Shown: positions 58,103 through 64,000 of the stretch, piece by piece
Numbering within the stretch: position 1 is the stretch's first letter
How the letters are laid out: each line of letters opens with the position of its first letter
DNA from: Nitrospirota bacterium
GTDB taxonomy: Bacteria > Nitrospirota > UBA9217
DNA: 64,000 bases
Direction: 5' to 3'
Assembly (NCBI GenBank): GCA_963751455.1
Contig: CAVVUN010000002.1
Span: 320,001 to 384,000 of the forward strand
Notes under the pieces: generated by a model
Told to the model about the DNA's origin: nothing
Seen by the model: only the letters and a program-made list of their open reading frames with translations
Databases searched by the model: none
Position numbers and translations under genes: made by a program

Positions 58103-60499
58103 TTAATTATTTGACTCGTTACCATTCCTGTTCGTGCACTGGCTCCTGCCCGGCTGCAGGTCCCAGTACCCGAGGGAGTAATACTGTTCGTTGATATAGG
58201 ATGCAATTTCATTGGCCTTGGTGAAGTTGCCTTCGAGGAAGAGATCCAGAACAATGTGCAATGCCTCTCCCGGATTGGTGAATTCCGCGGTGTCTGCGGA
58301 GATAGAAGGGTCTGTTCCATCGCTTGTGTAAATCAGGCTGTTGGAATAACTGCTGTTATAGAAGACGTTGCTTTCTTGATAAGCATCGCTTGCGCTGCGT
58401 GAACCGTCGAGTTCAATGCCCACAGAAAACGTGCCGCCGGCGGCCGCTGTGAGGTCCGTAAAAAATCCGTTGCCAAGGCTGACATTGACGTTTGAATTCT
58501 GTGCGAGAAGCGTAGTGTCTGCATAGAGAGCGCCGCTGCCTGCGCCATCGAATATGGTCTGCGCAGAAGCGATTTGCGGATCGTCTTTCAGGGCGTGTAT
58601 CTTGATGAAGAAATCTCCAGTATCCGGGCTGCTGGAGCCCGAGTAGATCACGAGGTCGGCGCTTACGATTGCTGCACCTTGGGGTATCGATTGCAGGTTA
58701 AAGGTGTAAAAGGGGCGGGTTTCGATCAGTCCATGCATGTAATAATTATCCGTATTGCTTTGATAGGTATACTCGTATTTACTCGCATACGAGTATGAGG
58801 TTAAAAATTGATCATAATAGTCCTGCTGGTACTGAACTCCGTTCTCCTGTGTCTCATAGAAATCCCGGTACACGTATCCTCCGGTGGCGTTTATGGTGAC
58901 CGTTTTCCGGGCTCCATCGATTCCGAAATAGGTGAGGTTCAAGGAAGTCGTTATTGCCCCGCTCCCGATATTGCGCGCGAGAGCGCGGATCTGGCGAACT
59001 GCTGCCTGGGAATGTTTATACGAAGCCAGGTCGGTTCCCGTCATATCTTGTTGAACCATTACTGAAACGGGTAAATAAGTTGGACTTGGCTGATAAGTGG
59101 CACTATTTCCGGAAAGTTCGTATATAAGTGTGGGATTAAAAACGTAAACACCAGGTGACGTGTCGCACGATATCGTGATGGCGGCAACGACTGTGACGGT
59201 CCCGCCGGGTTGAACCGATGTGGACGCGGTCCACGGCGCTCCGTAGTTTCCTGCATCGGTAAATTCTCCGCTCCATCCTGCCGGGAGATTTGCTATTTTC
59301 AGTGAACCCGATTTTGTTATATATGCCGTGCTGCTGCCGGTGTTCATAAGCGTTATATAGGCGAGGAACGTGCCGCCGGGGAGCATAGATGTCGGATTAA
59401 CAACGGCGGACGTAATTTCGGCGGACAGCGGCGGGCTGAGCGCTCCTACCAGAAGCTGCGTTACAGCCTGACCAAGGGTGCCGGATATAGCGGAGATGTT
59501 CTGGCCGTCCATTGCATAGACTATGCCTGTCCCTTGCGCACCGATATTCTCCGGGGGTTCCCCGGTCCCGAAGAAAAGAGTGGTGCTGTTCGCAACCATC
59601 GACAAGACTGCGCCGGAACCTGAATCCGCCTGTTCCCACACGAGCGCCATCGCGCCGTTGTCCCATCGGTATAGCTGCTCTTTGTGTCGATTGTCGACCG
59701 TCGTTGCCATGCCGATATACAAGTTGTCACCGTATGTTTGCATTGACCGGATGGTCGAAAAGTCAATTCCCGAAGTTTGTTGAGTAAAATTGATCCCGTC
59801 AGTCATTTGATATATCGAACTATCGAAAGAACCTGCAAAAAGCTTGGTCTGAAATACTTCCATGGCTTGAATGCCGTTTCCGCTCGCGTAGCTCACTTGT
59901 TCAATTCCAGTCCCGTCAAAGCGGGCGATGAAGTCAGTATTTGAGTCGCCGATATAAAGGTAGTCGTTCCATGGATAAAGAGTTTTGAACCCCTGCCATC
60001 CTGATGAAAGTGAACTGGAATCCGCGACTTTGGTCCATTGCATGTCTCCGTCGAATCTGAAAAGCTGTCCGACACCCGCGTTAACGTTTCGAGCGGAGGC
60101 ATAGAGCTGTTCCTTGTATACGGCAAATTTTTCTACTTTAGCATCAAAAGGCGATGAAACGGGACTCCATGAAGTGCCCCCAGCATACCGGTAGATAATG
60201 GAAAGTCCGTCCCACGCATTCTGGGAGGCTGCGGCATAAAGCTGTCCTTGAAAGATTATGATGGCATCTACCGATACACCCAATTCGCCTGAGATAGCTT
60301 CCCATGCAGCCACGATGCTCTCGGCGTTTTCTTGATATCTGTATACTTTACCGGGCTTAGAGGTGGCGGCATAAAGACTGCTCTGCTGAGATGAGGAATC
60401 GCTGATCAGGGTCGGGGAAGAGGTTGTGCAGGAAAGGAGTCCGACAGAAATGAGCACAATGATGAACGTTGCGAGCAGTGTATATTTATTGGTGCGCAT
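58103..60499 (-). CDS. Large secreted lipoprotein (beta-propeller + Ig-like + beta-sandwich)
   Basis: LLSC lipobox; repeated F/Y..LYA..YR.DG blades; FNLQSIPQGAAIVSADL. Confidence 0.65.
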   Translation of the reverse strand: MRTNKYTLLATFIIVLISVGLLSCTTSSPTLISDSSSQQSSLYAATSKPGKVYRYQENAESIVAAWEAISGELGVSVDAIIIFQGQLYAAASQNAWDGLSIIYRYAGGTSWSPVSSPFDAKVEKFAVYKEQLYASARNVNAGVGQLFRFDGDMQWTKVADSSSLSSGWQGFKTLYPWNDYLYIGDSNTDFIARFDGTGIEQVSYASGNGIQAMEVFQTKLFAGSFDSSIYQMTDGINFTQQTSGIDFSTIRSMQTYGDNLYIGMATTVDNRHKEQLYRWDNGAMALVWEQADSGSGAVLSMVANSTTLFFGTGEPPENIGAQGTGIVYAMDGQNISAISGTLGQAVTQLLVGALSPPLSAEITSAVVNPTSMLPGGTFLAYITLMNTGSSTAYITKSGSLKIANLPAGWSGEFTDAGNYGAPWTASTSVQPGGTVTVVAAITISCDTSPGVYVFNPTLIYELSGNSATYQPSPTYLPVSVMVQQDMTGTDLASYKHSQAAVRQIRALARNIGSGAITTSLNLTYFGIDGARKTVTINATGGYVYRDFYETQENGVQYQQDYYDQFLTSYSYASKYEYTYQSNTDNYYMHGLIETRPFYTFNLQSIPQGAAIVSADLVIYSGSSSPDTGDFFIKIHALKDDPQIASAQTIFDGAGSGALYADTTLLAQNSNVNVSLGNGFFTDLTAAAGGTFSVGIELDGSRSASDAYQESNVFYNSSYSNSLIYTSDGTDPSISADTAEFTNPGEALHIVLDLFLEGNFTKANEIASYINEQYYSLGYWDLQPGRSQCTNRNGNESNN

Positions 60500-61125
60500 G
60501 GTCCCTCCGATCAAAGCAAGATTGGCACATTATTTTTATCCTTTTTAAAGAATGGGCGGCAAGAAAGGGCAGAATTTTGCCGTTTCTACAAAACTAATAC
60601 TTTTGTTTGAATAAGTATAAGAATAGTTAGAATTAAAAAATTATTCAAGAACTAATTCGGGTTATTTTAAGGGTATTGCACAGTGTTGCGATAAGTTGCT
60701 AATGAAGAATAAAGGATAAACAAATAAGGAGGTTGGACGATTTAAGGTGCTAATTCCGGATCATTCTTGTCCTGTAGTTTATCTAAACTTTGAATTTTAT
60801 GTGTCAAATTTTATGTGAGGGAAACAGGGAACATCTTAGAAGGTCTTTCTCCTCGCACCCAGCCTGCACGTCCCAACCTGGCGAACCACTCCGCGAGGGA
60901 AGTGATTCCAATTCAGATCTAGTTGCCTCCGCAAGCGATCACCGTTTATTCTGCTATATGTTTTAAAACACTTATGCACTTATGCATTTATTTTATCCGT
61001 CAGTTTGTGGCAGGCCCCTCTGTGTTTCGCCGAAGAAGTTTCTCTCGAGGTTTCGAGTCTGTTGAACCGGCGGTATAGCGCCTGCTCAAGCTCCGGAAGC
61101 AGCAACGGCTAAACCCTCTGATGTC

Positions 61126-62370
61126 GTGAAGCCGGAAGCCGAACCGAAGATTACGAAGACCATAAGTGCGGAAACGACAGTAACCCGGGAACAAGCCGAA
61201 AAGATATGGGAGTTTCTGAGGGCCAACGGCAAAGATCAGCGCGAAGAGATAATGGAGACTGTTCAGTTCCAGCTCTCGCAGTTTTTGAAATCGAATTCGG
61301 ATTGGGACTTTTCGGACGAAGCGCTGCTGCTCCTGTCAGACCTCCAGATAAGGCGGGGAGAACATAAAGCCGCAGTTATGACAATCCTCCAGCTTATTTA
61401 TGAATATCCTGACTCGAAGTCTGTTTTTCCGGCGAAGAGGACCCTTGCCGAACTGCTCGATAAAAAAATCGACAAAAAGGTGAAACAAGTGCTTTCCGAA
61501 GCTGCCAGGGGATCCGATGCCAGGGAAAAATCGGAAAGGCTTGCCCACTTGTTGAAGAAACTCTCGGAGCAGACCGGTGATTTGCTGTATGAACCCCTCG
61601 TGGCCGGATTCGACCTGTTCTTTAACCGGTTTCCTTCCTATTCCGGATCGGATGAGTTGAGCCTCTTATTCGGAGATCTTCTGACTAAAAAGGGCAAACA
61701 TCTCTCGGCCTTGACCTACTATCGAAAATTACTGGCGCTCTATCCTGAGAGCGATTTCAGGGCCAGGGCACAGCGATCCATCGGAGACCTTTTTGTCAAC
61801 CATCTGAAAGACGTGAACGAGGCCGTGAACGCGTACCAGGAAGTCATTAACCAGTATCCAAAATCCGAGGAAGCCGGCTATGCTTATGAGCAAACCGCCA
61901 GGCTCGAAGAACAGTTCAAGCATTACGATCTTTCAGTGGAACTGTACGATAAGATCATAGCGCTGTACCCTAATAAAGAAATAGCGATGAGGGCTTTCAA
62001 TAACGAAGCACGGATTTTAAGGGATCTCATGGACAGTTCCGCCGAGGCAATCAAAGCCTACGGTCGGCTTGCCGATATGTTCAAGGGATCCGAAGGGGCA
62101 GCGGAGGCGCTCAAGGCCGCGGCTGCGACAGCGAGGAAAAAGAAGGACTACGATACGGAAGTGTCCATGTACCAGCGCTTTGTCAAGGAATGTTCGACGA
62201 ACAAGGAAGCGCCGGAAGTCCTGTACCAGGCCGCGGAGGTTACCGAGGAGGATCTAGCGCGGCATGACAAGGCGGTGGAGCTGTACGGAGAAGTTGCGGA
62301 GAAATTTCCCGAAAGTAAGTCCGCCAAGAAGGCCAAAAGCCGGATAGAATCGCTTACCAAGAAAAAATGA
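61126..62370 (+). CDS. TPR protein (BamD/YfiO-like repeats); 5' signal-peptide region appears out of frame
   Basis: Repeated Y..L...YP.S motifs; upstream 60970-61070 encodes ..LWQAPLCFA-EE in another frame. Confidence 0.75.
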   Translation: MKPEAEPKITKTISAETTVTREQAEKIWEFLRANGKDQREEIMETVQFQLSQFLKSNSDWDFSDEALLLLSDLQIRRGEHKAAVMTILQLIYEYPDSKSVFPAKRTLAELLDKKIDKKVKQVLSEAARGSDAREKSERLAHLLKKLSEQTGDLLYEPLVAGFDLFFNRFPSYSGSDELSLLFGDLLTKKGKHLSALTYYRKLLALYPESDFRARAQRSIGDLFVNHLKDVNEAVNAYQEVINQYPKSEEAGYAYEQTARLEEQFKHYDLSVELYDKIIALYPNKEIAMRAFNNEARILRDLMDSSAEAIKAYGRLADMFKGSEGAAEALKAAAATARKKKDYDTEVSMYQRFVKECSTNKEAPEVLYQAAEVTEEDLARHDKAVELYGEVAEKFPESKSAKKAKSRIESLTKKK

Positions 62371-62448
62371 TATTTCGGCATCAAAGAGACAGAAAGCCCG
62401 CTCCCTAAGAAAACCGGCGGCTGTACGTACATCCTAGATTTATACCGA

Positions 62449-62481
62449 GCAGGTCGCGCTCCCCTTCAGGGGGCGCGACCT
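62449..62481. repeat. REP-like GC hairpin or terminator
   Basis: GCAGGTCGCGCTCCCC-TTCA-GGGGGCGCGACCT. Confidence 0.5.
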
Positions 62482-63054
62482 CGTCATTTACGCCCAATAC
62501 ATGCCTTAAATTGCCTTGCTTCTCATCGCCTATCCACAGGTCCTCAACTTTAGCAAAATAGAATTAAATTAAAAGAATGCGACAAATAAATATAGAACTA
62601 AAGAAGACATACACAAAGGAGATTGCTCATACATATGTTTACACGTTTAGTAAGGGCATATGCGAATGCATGAAACTGAACATAATTTCAATGCAGCTAA
62701 CTGTTCATATATTAAAATTTATCTGGTAAAATTATCCTAATTTAGTTGACAAAGCGGATTTAAGAGGTACTGTTATATAAAGACTAAGTATTCTGCATTA
62801 AAGAATTACCTTCTAATTATTTAAGAATATAGTTCTAAATTCTTACAAATCAATGATCCTCCTGTTCTGGTCTTTCCCTGTTTTGAAGATTTATCTTCGC
62901 TTCATTGCTTAATGTGAAGCAGTAAAGTGAAAGAATGTGATTATCTTTACGATATATCTCCAGTTATAGCTTCGGATAGAAATAATCTGTGCAATCATTC
63001 CCGGCGGTAAGAGTCCATATTAAAGGCGATATAGAAATTTCTGCGGAGGACAAA

Positions 63055-63537
63055 GTGAAACATACGCAAAATATAAAAACGCTATTATTCGTCGTTGCTG
63101 CCGCGACACTAATCTCCTTTCCTTGCGTGATGGCATATGCTGCTGAGAATGTCCTTCACTTTTATGATCATCTAAATCGCCTGACAGAGTCTCGATATTC
63201 GGACGGGACGACAGTAACCTATGGTTATGATAAATTAGGTAATCGCATATCAAAGAAAAAATTATACAGCCCTCATGTACTAACGATTCAAAAAACAGGG
63301 TTGGGGACCGGTACAGTTTTAAGCAGCCCATCCCGAATAAATTGCGGACTGGACTGCTCAGATAAGTTTAGTGAAGGGACGGACATATCCCTCACTGCTA
63401 TACCTGATTCGGGATCTTCGTTTAGCCAATGGTCCGGCGGCGGATGCGGTGGAACAAATCCATGTCCGCTCACACTGACAGCGGATACGACAGTTACGGC
63501 TTTATTTTCCTGCCTGGTCCGCAGAATCTATGGATGA
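63055..63537 (+). CDS. Secreted YD-repeat + InlB B-repeat-like protein, probably truncated
   Basis: GGAGG RBS + GTG; signal peptide; YDHLNRL..YDKLGNR; GTGTV.S.P..INCG..C..LTA.PD.GS.F..WSGGGC. Confidence 0.7.
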   Translation: MKHTQNIKTLLFVVAAATLISFPCVMAYAAENVLHFYDHLNRLTESRYSDGTTVTYGYDKLGNRISKKKLYSPHVLTIQKTGLGTGTVLSSPSRINCGLDCSDKFSEGTDISLTAIPDSGSSFSQWSGGGCGGTNPCPLTLTADTTVTALFSCLVRRIYG

Positions 63538-63629
63538 GATAAGAGGATACATGCAATAAGGAGCAAAGCTTTCCAAATCAGTGTAGGATAATTTTCGCGA
63601 AGAGATCACCACACAGAGAAAGGAAAGCA

Positions 63630-63878
63630 ATGCTCATTAAGACGTTACTGAATCGGACAGAGAATGTCAAGCCGTTCATTTTTGGAGTAGCTCGGTTTGA
63701 GGTCGTAGAGGGGCATGACGCATTGGTTGTGGAGGTCGCGTTCCGGAAGAATTCGCGACCGCTCTGTCCCATTTGCGGGCTCAAGTGCACTGTGTATGAT
63801 ACCCAGCGGCCCCTCGAGGTAGCCTCAGGATCTTCCGGCGCTCTTCCGGTGCGCCGCGGCCGATCTGATAGGATTTGA
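63630..63878 (+). pseudogene. ISL3-family transposase N-terminal fragment
   Basis: MLIKTLLN..LVVEV..RKNSRPLCPICG....YD zinc ribbon, then similarity is lost. Confidence 0.65.
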
Positions 63879-64000
63879 GCCGACTCTTGAGGTGGCGCAG
63901 CGTCCCTGCAGTCGGTAGTTGTCGCGCGTTTCTGACTTTGCCTAATTTCAAAAAAGGAGGAAAACTCGGATGTCGCTACACAATGTGCTGCTTATTATAG

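Noticed and set aside
60515-60960. Riboswitch or tRNA in the AT-rich divergent intergenic region
   Set aside because: No c-di-GMP riboswitch consensus or cloverleaf recognisable by eye.
62449-62481. CRISPR repeat-like GTCGCGC..GGGCGCG
   Set aside because: Single copy, no ATTGAAAC end, no spacers or cas genes.

Overview
Chromosomal window from an anaerobic dissimilatory-sulfur bacterium, most likely Nitrospirota (Thermodesulfovibrionia-like; inferred from DsrAB/DsrD style and gene order). Bases 1-43 kb are mostly core genome: uvrC end, IMPase, MglA-like GTPase, ispDF, cysE, a dsrABDN-x-dsrC-fdx-dsrH/E/F-like-dsrTMKJOP-fdx cluster, nfeD/SPFH, rsmD-coaD, iscRSU-tusA, mscS, yhaM, ftsY-zapA-6S RNA-rarA-rny-ymdB-xseA, a HEAT/HD-GYP pair and hrpB. 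Many intergenic spaces hold hairpin elements built from 7-9 bp tandem repeats in inverted arms, some nested; one flanks a MITE-interrupted four-helix-bundle gene. Bases 43-64 kb are an AT-richer accessory island. It is centred on a signal-peptide-bearing SpvB/FG-GAP/YD (Tc BC-like) Rhs toxin with a ~105-aa domain inserted inside the Rhs core and an Asn at the first protease Asp. It is followed by orphan toxin/immunity cassettes (DUF2380-like, colicin-M-like remnant), a REP-flanked RAYT, secreted lipoproteins, a porin-like protein and an ISL3 remnant. Several single-base frameshifts at 4-7.8 kb look like sequencing errors. All family calls are from motif recognition by eye, with no database search.
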